Source: Fimbriosthenelais zetlandica
Taxonomy: Eukaryota
Length of the DNA: 64,000 nt
Assembly: GCA_977030845.1 (NCBI GenBank)
Contig: OZ365109.1
Span: 37,696,001 to 37,760,000 of the forward strand
Direction: 5' to 3'
A program made the position numbers and the translations under genes. Positions 46,129-59,600 of the stretch are shown here, piece after piece. How positions within the stretch are numbered: the first letter of the stretch is position 1; every line of letters begins with the position of its first letter. The notes under the pieces are model-generated. The model was not told where the DNA came from. It did no database searches and worked only from the letters and a program-made list of their open reading frames with translations.

Positions 46129-48712
46129 GATAGACCAAACAGGTTGTACATCACCTGTTGGCTCGTGCATGGGAAATGTGCTACTGTGCATGTCTGAGTT
46201 TGATATATTGACTAGTGTAAAGCTATACCCCATCGGTCTCTCGATCTGTTATCTGGATCTATCTGTCTATGGGGGCGGGGGGAATGGAATTCGGTTAATT
46301 CTAGGTTCAAGTGCCCATCTCTCTTTTGTAGTGCTGTGCTGGGCAGTAATGTGATTGCATGGATGGATGGCTCCATTAGGCCTACATGTAGTATTATTTA
46401 ATGTTCGGTCTATACCAATAAAAATCTATATGTGAAGTCCGGGGCTTATATTTTCCTTTTAGCTTTGGAAAAATATTCTCTGAAAGATTTTCCCCAATGT
46501 ATACGGAACTGCCTTGAAGTACTTTCTAAAAAATTAAGTTGTATCAAATATACCGGTCAGAATTATGCAGACACTAAGTCTTGTATATCTCATGATAAAA
46601 TCTTCAGACTTGGCCTTGACCCTTTAAGAATAAACTCAAAATTGAATTGAAAAAATTGATTCGAAGACCCTAGATGAAGGTCAAACACTGATAAGGGTCG
46701 TAAACCACAATTTAGATGGTACAGATACGTCTATCCTCAAGAGAGACTATTCAGGGTTCACTTTACTCTTTGGGATGGGCAATAATTAACCTGTCTTTTG
46801 TACTATCAATAGGCCTATTGTTGCTGCGTTAAGGGAAAATCCCATTTGAAAAAAAAACTCAGCTTTCACATGAATTATTGATAAGCACTGCTTGTACAGT
46901 AGGTGTTGAAGCAAAATACAAAATGGTTTCCCTGTCCTGACACTTGATTCTGTAAACTCACCAAATAAATGGCAATCATCTAATGAACTCTTGCATCCCT
47001 TAAAATTTCCTCTTGGGAGTATTTTTCTTGCTACCACGAATGAAAAAAAAACGTCAAGCTGAAATAGAAATGAATTTTGAAATAACAAGACTCCAGCTTT
47101 CATTTGGCAAAGTGAGAGTGGTGGATGGATGAGGGGAGCGATGAGTAGAGACTGGAAGTAATGGAAGGAGAAACTTTATAGCAGCTAGCTTGCAAAGTTA
47201 TTGAGTGAAGAAAATAATGGGGCATGCCAATCAGAAGTTCAATTTGTCTATGATGGCTGTGCAGTGTAACGGAATGACCTATGCGCCTCATTTTTTGTAC
47301 GAATTTATTGTACAATTACACTTACGAGTGCGTCATAGAATCTTGATTTAGGCATCTCTCTCTTGGACACTTTTTTATGAGCGAGAGATAGTCTTCTTAC
47401 ATATCTGTTTTTGAGGTTTAGGATCAATTGGTTTATTTAACACCTGTGAGGTTATAATTTGGCGAGGGAACGGTACTTTAGTGGCCCCTCACAATTGTAT
47501 GAATCCCTGAATGGGGCTAGGTCCTGACCTCTTGCCCCCCCCCCCTCCCAATCCTGCTTGATTAGTACTCATATATCGTATTCTTATTGCCTTTAAATTA
47601 GTCTCACCCATTCTATATACATGTATATTATTTTATTATTGACGGGTTGATACTAAATGTTACCTGACCTCCATTTCTGGAGATCTACATGAGAGAATGG
47701 TGATTATATGGTTGTAGGAGTCAAATACTAGCCCCTTGACAATCATCCATCTTCTATACATACGATTGTTATCTCCATTTTGCAGATAGGCCAAGCTGTA
47801 GTATACAGTATCCTGCCTGTCAGGCCTTTTAGCCGATGGTTATAGGGAACACAGGCCTCATGGGTCATTCCTATCTCACATCGCACACGACAACCTTTAT
47901 CTCCTCCGAGTTTATGGTTAAGGGAGTGAAACTATAGGCTCCCTCCACCCATGGCCTAGCCTCCTCGCTCATCGTGTTAAAGCCTATGTTCTTTATGGTT
48001 GCCTGGCTTACCGGTTTGTGCAGTTTCTGTCTGGGTTTTTTTTGGGCAAAGATGGGGTGTCATGCTTATCTGTTGAAAGCATTTTACATGTATACCCATT
48101 TGGTTCAGCTCAGCTCATTCCTGCCCATCCATGCTCGAAGATAGATGGGGGCTGATATAGGGTCCCCAAACATGGGGTAAGTGTCATAAAAAGTATCCTG
48201 ATTTAAATGACAGATAGTATCCCCCTCCCCCTAAATCCGACCATGTCCCTCAAACAATGTCTTCCCTAAACGACCATGTTTGTCTGATCCCATTCCCAAT
48301 TTCCTTCTAAAATGTTATACTTAGAATAACCCCCTGAAGCGAACACCTCTCTATAGAGATACATGTAGTTATTGGTCAGTTAGAAGATGATCACATTTGG
48401 GGACTCGGAGGATCACTGTATATCATTTTTGATGAATTGAACTCCCACATTTATGGATGTACGATAATGATATGTAATCGCATTTATGAATATGTTTGGA
48501 TAAACTTTAACAAAATTGTTGGAGGAATACAATAATCAAGTTGGGAATTATAATTATGGGAAGTTCACACTGAAGGGATCTGAGCCAATCTCCATAGGCT
48601 TTGGCTTCAGTTTGTAGGAGAAATCCTACGGTAGAAAACATTTGATCCTGCACTAGGAATATAGCTTAAGAGATTTTGATCCAGTCAGCTGAATATCAAA
48701 CACTTTTCTCAG

Positions 48713-48865
48713 TTTGGTTTGGAGAAGATTTTGGATCCATGCAGTCGGGATAGGACTTATATATTGTTGGCTGAGCCAACAGACTGTATGGTTCTGTCAG
48801 CAGGACACTTCATGCAATCAACTGCAGATGGGACTATCTCTGCTGTTTTCAAGAGTCTTTGCCTG
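48713..48865 (+). CDS. Host exon, possibly part of a cyclic-nucleotide-binding-domain protein
   Basis: cttttctcag|...|gtgagt, 153 nt, phase 0-0; FGLEKILDPCSRDRTYILLAEPTDCMVLSAGHF fits an FG(E/L)...R...C(M)VLS...F cNMP-barrel pattern by eye. Confidence 0.6.
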
Positions 48866-51800
48866 GTGAGTGCTGCATAACTCAGAAAAATAACACAGGG
48901 GTCATTTAAATCTATTAAAATACTATTGTTTTGTGCAATTCAATAGAATTCCAAATGGTATTCCTATTGTAAAATGATTTGATGGAAAAATAACCTTATT
49001 TATACGCTTGTTTTGAATGCGTGCCTAATTTGTGGAATTGCACAGAAATTCCCTTGGGAAATGTTGGCAGAAAAAGTCCTTATTGCCAATGATGAGATTA
49101 AAAGATAAATTGTCTCGTCCAAATTGAAATCAGTTAACCGGAGCTGGTAATCCTCATTATTGTGCACAATAATGAGGTGCGGAGCTAATATTATGGTGTA
49201 ATATTAATCCCTCCTCCAATCTTTGTCTTGTTTTCACCCGTATCATTAGTGTAACTAATCATAAATTTCGATTTAATTAAAGGAGTAATTGATTCTATAA
49301 ATCCATTGCACTGGTTAAACGACATTTTATGGACAGTAAAATACTTATTACTCAAAATTATTGGAAGATATTGGCCGTGATAACCTAATAACTTGTATTA
49401 AAGCTTAACCCCAAATTCGCACATTACGGGCGACCCATATTTCGCCCCACACCCAGCTATATCCTCTATTCTATAGTCATGTTAATATATATTTCGCACA
49501 TCATTCACACACCCAAAAGTGTGAATCAATGTAATTGACTATGCTTTTCACATCTAAAACTGGGCTTGTGGGACTTGGTCATCAGTTGTGAACTCAGCCC
49601 ACACTAGCTGTAATCTCCTATGCGGGGTGAGGCCGGCAGGTGGGGGGCGGGGGGGGGGGCTTATGCTAATGAGGTAGGGTAGCATTCATAGCCTGAGGTT
49701 TGTTTGAATTAATTGAAGGCCAAGTATTCAAGGAAATGCCATTGAATTTCAATTGACATAAGTGTAATTTTAAATGGCCGAAATTGGGCTAAGAGATGCG
49801 CCCCGAGAACAATAGAATTTCACTTGGCTAAATTAGGTATGTGAATTCTACGTGACATTGCGTGTTTTTAAATGGCGGTCACTTAGTTTTAACAGGTTTT
49901 CTAACAGTGTGGGGACACCTGGGACTTGGCCTTTTCATTAAAGCTGATTTATTTAGGTGAATGACACGATCGGAACTGTTTGGACTCTGTATATCGACCG
50001 CCTTCTCATGTTGCGATGTCTTTAAGTAAGTTAAATACAGCTACACCTACCATTTAGTCCTCATGATCAAATTCTCAGCCGATCCCTATTTGTAGAAATT
50101 AACATAGAAATTAAATGTGCGAAGAAGTGACATTTCCCTCTGGGATGTTGTTGCGGGTAATTTGCTACAACAACTAAGACCTGAATCCAGTTTCTGGATG
50201 TAGGCCTATTTGGGTAGTAAAGCCTTTTTCCTACCCTTGTTCTGCGATCCTCCACTCAAATGGAAAGAGTTCCTCATTAATTTTTTATCGCTTGTGTTGC
50301 CTCTTTCGCTGCAGATTGTTTGGCAAGTATCGTATTCGTGCAGTCCTTTTCTTGACTTCCATGCCCTTTTATTTCTGGAATTTCATGACACAACTGAAAC
50401 CAAAGTAACCTTTGTGGCTGGAATTCTATGAGCTTTTTGTTAAAATGCTCAAACATTAAGAACGCAATGAAATTAACCAGAATTTCTCACCTAACTTTGT
50501 GAAAAAACTGCTTAAGCCCTGTTGTGTATCCCCCTTAGATAATTCTTTTTGTCAATTCATGCATGACCACAAACCTGTGATATTGGGTTCAACTGTTAGA
50601 AAACGCTGGGAAACGATTTGACCATTCAGACACAATCACACAGTTGTTAGTCAAAATGACTAAGTATCTTAGTCAAATATGATTGATTAGTCAGTATGAC
50701 AACAAAACAGTTTGCATAATCTGATGAGCATATACAGGGTGTTGTACAAGCATAGGCTAAAGCATTGTTGTACAACAATCTGATACATTCACAATGCATT
50801 CGTGGCATATTCTGTACGCTGCAAGCAGAATAATATGAAATGCACCTATTTCCATGTGCCCAGTGTGATGAGCATCTGATTGACGGCGTATATATTCCCT
50901 CGAGTACTTGTGAAACCTGTTTCCCGATTCTGGTGATCATAATGCACTCCAAATACATTGTCGCGAGTTTCTGCAAGTTCCATTATGACAGATAAATATT
51001 AACAATTTTGGGGATAACGACTGTGATATAGGGCCAGATGGAAAACCAGTTTTGTCTTTAGTATGAAACGTAGTATTTATAGTCGGTTTGAAAAGCTACC
51101 AAAAGGAGGTTTTAATCCTATACTTTGGGCTAGGATGTCTTTAAAATTATACATGTAAGGTTGATCAGGACTTTCTATGGACACACTGACTGAGACCTGC
51201 CTCTTCGACCTGTCTGGAACCCTGGCCCTGCCTTCTAGATATACCATCAGACTGGGGCTATATTCAAAAGAAAAATTAGCAATGCTAAGTCTATGGCTAA
51301 TTTTTGTTTTGAAATGGGCTACATGTACAGTATTCCCCCTTACACCAGCAGCTATATGTATTTTAAACTTCAATAACAAATCAGGCCATTTGGACAGGTT
51401 TCATTATTCTCACTGCAACTGCCATTGCCATAATAATGGGCCATTCATACAAGCAGTCTGTGGGATTCTACTTTAAGGCCTAGACCCAGATTCGTCCTCA
51501 CACCACCCCCGCCATCTATCACCTCTGTGCATTTGCTCATGCCTAATCACAAACCAAACATCTCTTCAATCCTAAATCCTCATTCAGTATGCCGTAACGT
51601 GGTGGCATGAAGGCCACGTCAGCATCACCTCTATAGGATACTTTATCATGTTTAGTCCAGTCACTGGTGCTTTGAATTGACTCAGATAAATCGATTGCTG
51701 GGTCAGATCTGACGTCGGGGTACATACAGATAGGGTACACCCCAAATAAAACAAATAAAAGAGTGACAGGCTCACAAAAAACATGGACAACAGTGCTGTC

Positions 51801-54800
51801 AAATTGTGGTTGTATATGGGCTATCAGAATTTGAGTTGTGAGGCAACATCCCAAATGTACCGGATATGGAGAATCACTTCCATTCATGCACCCGTCAATC
51901 TCTCCAGAGACAGTATAGGGTCTCTGATCTCTCCCACCCCCACACACTTGCCCACGTCCTCACGGGCTCATGTCGGGGTTCCAGACCAAAATTTGAATCC
52001 TCATGCAGGTGTTCAAAAAATATTGGCCTGAAATCCCATGGTTTTAATATAGTTTCGTGTACCTATGCCTAATCGAATATAATTCCCAGGGTGGGGATTT
52101 AAGATACTGAAAAATCTGTATTTGGATCCCCAGGTGTGCTTGGGGGGGGGGGGGTTGTAGGTGGGTCAGCACATTGACTGGTTTTTGTGTCGACAAAACC
52201 TAAACCAAAATTCTAACCCTATATATATATACTGATATCAGAGAACAAAGACTTGCAGACAGAAAATCACAGAAACGCTGAATATTTTTTTGGTGGAAGA
52301 AGATGAGAGATAATGATGTTGGTTGAGGCGGGATTGTTATTTACCGCTTTGTTTGCCACATCATACATGGCATCATCCAGCCTGATTAAGCTAGATGGCC
52401 AGATCCCCCAGAGCTCTGTTAGGGAGCGGTACTAGGGTATCACCTTAATTGCATGGTATCATTTTGTAGGCAATTGCTTGTCAAGTATCATATGACCTCC
52501 AGATGGATCATGGCATAAATTGGCCAATAAGCAAATGTTTGATATGGAAATTCATGTACATACACAGGTGGCGGATTTAAGCTCAGTATTAGTTAAACCT
52601 TTTTGGAAGCGACATTAGTTTGTAAAATGTAGTTTGTAAAAAGAGAGAGAAAAAGGAGAAAAAATGGATATCCTGATATTGTGATAAACCCTGTATAATC
52701 TCATCTCATGACATTTCGTTTCAGCGGGAATCGAACCTGATGACCTATTGCAAATAATCATTAAAATGTTTTTTTTACCTCTTGCCAAAGCTTTCAATTA
52801 CTCCCTTGGTGCGAATTATTTGTTCAGAGCTGAGATAAGCCTGAGATAAAAAGAAATGAAGAAGAAGCTTACTCTGGGAAGCCGTTAGAATTAGTAACAG
52901 TTTTAGAATAAATAGTGACAATAGTGTATCTTTAACAGTAACCTTCATTAGAATGATGACACTACCCTAATCACAGTGGTGGATCGGAAGCATGACATTT
53001 GGGAAGGAATAAGAGGAAAGGTCAGCTTTAAGCATTGGTAAATGAGAATTATATGGTTCCTAAGACTGGTATGGTTTTGCTGTTTTTAGTGGATTATCTA
53101 TAATTAAATTATAATCAGAATTGTATCTTCTGCTCGTTCGAAGCTCTCGATACGTATTAATTTATGTACAATCAGTAAAAAACTAGTCACTTACTATTAC
53201 AAAATAGCTCCCTTTTGTTGATGAAAGGCACTAGAAGCACTCTTTGAGAACTGCTGGTTGTCTCATTAGGTTGCTGCTTCTAGTAAGCAGACCCCATGAA
53301 CTTGCTATTGACAAACAGTGGGACTTATCAATCAAAGTCATAGTTAGTTTGTGGGCCGCCCTTCCACGTGTTTACCTCTACAGAATGTACACTTATGAAT
53401 GGGTAACTATACCTCAATCTAATGACCTAAGTACTACTCTTTGTAATTACTCTCTTCAGTAGTTAATAATTATGTAATCTACTATTCATAATATTCAATT
53501 GTGGTGGGCTCGCTCTCCTACATAATTATTAGATCCGGTTTCCTGCTTATTGTCTCCAATCCTCTACACTGTAGATCCTTGCCTGTTGAGTTCAGTATCC
53601 TGCAAATAGAGGCAATTACAGATAGCAATTATAATTTCCCAACTAAACACCAGCCATTGTCAGTGGCGCCACCGTCAGCTACAAGGAGACCCCTACATTT
53701 CCGCTTCCTGTTTCTCGCCAGTCAAAGTGTATGTATGAGGCCTCATAGGAAGGGTACCCAAGAACAGTGATGTAAATAACATCGCTGAATTGAAGGAATT
53801 CACTGTGCAATTACTGTGAGAAGAACCGATTGTAAAAGGCATCTCACACACTGAAAAGTGGGAAGGGGATATAAATACACCTTTTGAAAAGGTTTTTGTG
53901 AAACGTTTGTGTATTCCCGACTTCCAACCTATGGCAATACACATAAACTGGATGTAGCCATGACTCCGAAAGTGCAGTTTACACTTACAACTTTACCATA
54001 GACTTGCATTGCTAATGCTAATGGTTGTTCTGAAAGAGGTTGTTTTGGAAGGAACCTCGCCAATGGCGAGGGTTGACAAGGGCAATGTCGTCGAGCTTTG
54101 TTCATGTACTCTTTTCATGAAGAAAGTCCTTGGACAATTACTTGTTATTGCATTGTCCAAGCGCTGTCTTCCAAAAATATTGCTTGTACAATAGAATCAC
54201 CTGACGAGGGTACCCTCACCAACCCTCGTCATTGACGATTTTCTTGTACAACACTGCCATAAATGACATGATGTTAGTAACCTACAGATTGGGATTCCTG
54301 ACTGTCTCATCTGAAGTATAAACTATTTTCTGTGATATTTTGATCTGCTGTGGCTTTTTTTTCTCTTGCTGCCTGAACCAAATTATATATAACCGAGATG
54401 GCACAGCCCTGGACAGCTTAATTAGCTTGCAAATGTCATGTCATACAATATGTACAATATGTAAGGTTTTTCAATCCTATGTAAGGAAACCCAAAACGTC
54501 TATTCTGTGAGAAGAGGCAGTAAGCAAAGCTATGCTATAGGGATGGTCGCCCATCTCAGATTCATTTGGTTGGGTATTATTTCTAATGAATAAACCCATG
54601 ACCTCAGTGTTGTCAACATGCTCATTTTCACCGATCATAGGATTCTTGCATGTGTAGCCTTGATTAGGAAGGGTGAACGACTTCTATATGAATGACAGAT
54701 CACAACCCCTCCCTTGCATCTACACCTTTCACAACTTTGTACTATTACCAGAAATACATATACATGTATACTTATCCTATGGTGTAGGTCATAATGAATA

Positions 54801-56615
54801 AGGTTTTGATTCATAATTTTCATTAGAATATTCATGTTTCTTCAAGACCGTAACTCCTTTTGGATATTGCATCTTCCATGCAAATGTTGGATGAAAGTAT
54901 CTCTCTTGCAAACAGTTCTCGCCTTTAAAAAACAATACGGGCATCCCAGTTATCTACAGATTTGCCAAGAATAAATTGTTGGATCTTGTATTATTCGCAT
55001 AATTATACATTTATGCAATTAAATTTAACTAAGAGGAATTGGACTGGAATAATTAAATATCATTAAATCCCTATAGCAAAAGATGCCTAAACTATTTAAT
55101 AGAAATGCCTATTTAATTAAACAAAAGTAGATTTTTAAAGAAGGTACAATAGGTCCTATCCACTAAGCATCCACTGACATGAAATACATTGGAGACAAAT
55201 CAGATTTTAATTTCTGGGGATGCAACATAACTTTAAGTAACTTAAAATGGATTTGAAAATCGAGCCTGACCCTAGAATAGTCTCCCATGGGACAGAACGC
55301 CATATGACACGTTAATAGGGGATCAGGTGCCTCCAGCTTCCTCCTCCCTTCATTCCTGCCTAAAACTCATGACATTTGCCTTGTTGAAATCTAATCTAGC
55401 CACAAGTGCTCTGCACATGTTCTGATGAAGTCACCTTTTCTTTCCACCTTTTCGTCTAAAATGACTGTCTATTAGAACATTACTCGGGTAGGATTTCGCT
55501 TGTGGATTTTGTCTGGAATGGGCATCCAATGAAAGCCTATTGATCATATCGTATATTGGTCTACAATCATTGCCCCTGCACCGGCTATAGTATTGTGGAA
55601 GTCTGATCAGTTATTTTAGATGGCTGCAATATAGATAATGAGATAATATAATTAATCACTTCTGGCTGCAAACTCTTTCAGTAGACTTTAGCAGAAAGAC
55701 GAATTATCGCAGCGCATGGCTATATTATATATATAAAGTCCATTTGCATCGAACAAAACATTTTTTTCTTTATTCATATATAACTTTGAGACTGCCCATA
55801 TAGTCTTTCATAGTGAAGGAACAACTAATGGAATATAAGATTTGTCCATCAGCATATAACCCTAAATTGTGGCCTAACAGGAGAATATGCTTTAGGACTA
55901 GGTTCCTGAAGTTGGCGACAGGACCTTGGCAATTATCTTTTGGTTTCCATGGAGGAAGCAATAATTGATTTTGACTTGTCATGAGAGGTATTAGTTGGAC
56001 ATCCGTGGAATACCCTCCATGTGGCATGTACGTCCCTTCTATTGCATGCAAAACCTGTTGCTGCTCCAGGAAAACAAGTCATCGAGTCTGACAGCTCCAG
56101 TTTGACCTTTGCTCTGGTATTGTTTTTGTCTCGATAACCAATTATCAGTTCATCCCTATTTTGGTTTATTATATATCATTAATATAATTATTTAGCCTAT
56201 TCATGGTAATTGACGATAATGATATCGATCGATATGCAAATTATAAATCATTAAGTGTCATCATTATTATTATATTGTAAAACTCCAAGATGCTGAACTC
56301 AGCGAAACTTGAATCTGAAATTATCATGGTATTTTTTTCTTTATTATAGTATTAAGGTGAACTTCTTGATGACGGGACATTGAATTGTTGAATAACCAAA
56401 TAAATCCTTTAAAATGCCTCCAAGGTACTCGATCCTCGACGTAATATTGCTGATGGGTTAAGTTCATGTTTGGCCATAAATTCCCTGCAGCATTAGTCTA
56501 TCTAATATGGTTCAGCCATACTTAGAGGAAAGATTGAGAGGCTTGCGGCGTTCAGTACATGCCTATACCAGGTGCTTAATCACTGAAAAGGATTCTTTAC
56601 ATCCTATTGTAGGAA

Positions 56616-59600
56616 TCACAGTTGGGGATAAAGAGTGGTCTCTATGCTTTCAGGGAGTCTGAAATATGTGTTGATTTTAGCATTGTTGTTATTCTTCTCC
56701 CAGAATTGTATCACCACCACAGCCTGTAAAAATATCGGACAATGGAGAATAATAGAACATCATTCTTTGTCCCTTGAACCAGTCTTAAAATAATTTGTAT
56801 ACAGTGAGCGAGCATGTATACAGGAATTTATTTGCGGGGTGACGTAACATGTCGTAACGTGCTCCTATGACAGAATGTGGCTGACAACACTACACCCCCC
56901 CCCCCCACACACACACACCCAGACCATGTAGTTGACTGTCAGTGTAGTCCTGTGTGGGAAGGTATTGGAAAACATGGATGTGAAACTTTGTAAGAATTGC
57001 AAGTCATGAATATCTAGTAGTTATTTCAAATGACCTGGTACATTAATTGGATACTTACCAGGGATCATTGCCTGGTGATTCTTGCAGTGATTCTTTCACA
57101 TGAAGCTTGTCTACTATACCATAAACTGCAAGTGCATCATTTGCTACCCGAAAATCGGAAGGCAAAAGCAAGCAATAGGCATCTTCCTCAGCAAAATGTC
57201 GACCCGCATGCATCCTACTCCATGCATGTCGGTGACTGGCATCTGTATCCCCAGACCCTTCCTGTGTAGGAAGGCATTGGGAAACATGGATATGAAACTT
57301 TGCAAGAGTTGCAAGTCATGAATATCTAGTGGATATATCAAAAGACATGGTACATTAATTGGAGACCTACCAGGTATCATTGCCTGGTGATTCTTGCAGT
57401 GATTCTTACAATTGGATCTTGTGTACAAGACCATCATCGGCAAGTGCATCCGAAAATCATAATGTTGCCAGAATCGGAAAGCAACAGCAAGCAATTGGCA
57501 TATTCCTCAGCAGAACCCGCATGCATCCTACCCGCATGCACCTTAATCTTCTTAGTTTCCTTGCGATCAGTTTATTCTTGTTTACATGTATTTTTGCCTT
57601 CATCAACGGTTTTTTCCCTTGTTACTCTTTAGTGCAAAACTCCTTAAAATGTATTAGTTCTGCAATTGTTAATTGACTATAGGAAAGCACCGCTTATTGG
57701 TCATCACTAAGTCTTCCTGGTGCGGCTTACCAAAACATGGCAACCATTTGGTTAAAGAATAGTTGTGGTTCTCTCGATTGCTCTCTGTATTGTGGTGTCT
57801 CTGCAGAGTAGGCTACCAGTCTCAAAATATTAACATTCAAAGATTCGGATTTCCTGACGCGGTAGAATTGATGAGTTTTAGGCATGTTTTCTCCATTCAG
57901 AACGGCATCACAAAATATGAAAAGCTCACAGATAATTTTGTCAACTGGCGAATCAATTTGTATTAGGATAATAGAATTTAGCTGTTATCGGGCAGGCGCA
58001 AAATCAGTGTAAGGAGTCATCTTCGCATTCTTCATTCTACCTTTTACAATCTGTGGGAAGAGGCCGTGCTCGCACCGTTCTCTTTTGAAAGAAAAATGTA
58101 ATAATGTTATCTAAAAATAAACAAAAAAAATCAATAAGCCTGCTCTCCGCTAAGTAAAAACGTTTGAACAAATTTCAATAATTTTCTGAGGACAATTTCT
58201 AGTCCAGCATTGAATGGTGTTTGGGAGTGTCTCATTTCATTTGAGACCACTGGGTGGACACTTTGCTAAAACAAAATGATTGATTCTATTCCTGTGTCTC
58301 AAGAAACAATGTATATGCATGCATCCTCTTTAATGATAGGCCCAGCATGACCATCGAATCCACCTGATAGCTTGTGCAAGAAAATCCGACCGCTTGCAGG
58401 CATATCCTCTTAATTACCATATATTTATCCAGCGCAGAGCTTCTAGCCACCCCGGGGACTATTGCGCTGCTAATTGGGCCATTCTTTCTCCATTTCATAT
58501 AGGGGAAATTATAAATTACCTTGTCAGACAAACATAAAGCTTTCTTGGTTTAATGCAAATGATATAAGTTATTGATTGATTTTGTAATGTTTAAAAAAAC
58601 AAAATATCTTCCTTCAACTAAGGATTAAATGTGGAAGCTTCCCTACAGCAATATGAGATTGAATAATGGAGGAGACCCATTGAGGAAGGTCGATTAGGCC
58701 CATAAAGCGATTAAACAGAGGTTGTCTATATAATATTATACCCATCTGTAACCTTATAAAATATCCCATTAAAAAGAAGGATGATCAAGCAACTATTACG
58801 TTGACTGAAATATACAGTATGCAATAACTTTTTGAAGCTATGACTGTATTAATGCCCTGCATATATTATGTAGTATACAAGCAAGATTTTGCACTGTAAT
58901 GGGCCTCTGGTCGCATACAAAATGGTGATATAATTATAAAAGTAAAACTAAGCCAGACAATGCATAATTATGAAGGTGAATTATTACATATCACAGGTAC
59001 ATGTTTATGTTATTGTAGACCTATACCATAATTGGGTTGTGCTCATCCATGCAGTAAAAACAAACCTTAGTTATATCAGGAAAAGAACCTTTGAAGTAAA
59101 ATTTCCACTTGGATGCCTGTTACATGTATAATTATATTTATTCTGGGAAAAGATGCATCAAATAATTATACTGCTGTATGACTTACCATTGGGTCCTGGG
59201 TGCTATCTTTACCATGAAGCCGGTGTAGGAGTTCTAAAACACTCCTCAGCCTCAGAACACTCCCCAGTGTTTTGAGGCTGGCCCGAAAACACTCTCATGC
59301 TAGCCTCAAAACACTCCCCCTAGCCTGAACACCTTACACGGTGTTTTGAGGCTAGCCTGAATTCAGGCTAGTCTCAAAACACTCCCTAGCCTGAATAAAC
59401 TCCCCCTTAGTCCCAAAAAACTCCCCAGTGTTCTGAGGCTAGCCTGAAAACATTCCGTTTTTCTGTGAGAGACATGTGTAGAGTGATTTGAGGCTAGCCT
59501 CAAAAGACTACAATTTTTGGATGGGGAGTGTTTTGGGGCTAGGGTAAGTGTTATGGGGCTGAACAGTTGTGTGTTTTGAGGCTAGGCTCAAAAGACTCCC

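Noticed and set aside
52720-52745. tRNA/SINE from a minus-strand B box (GGTTCGATTCCC)
   Set aside because: No A box or cloverleaf upstream.
54635-54760. vWF-C-like exon (SCERCRCKGGVVICH) on the minus strand
   Set aside because: The motif is too short, the frame ends in a stop, and it has no link to other exons.
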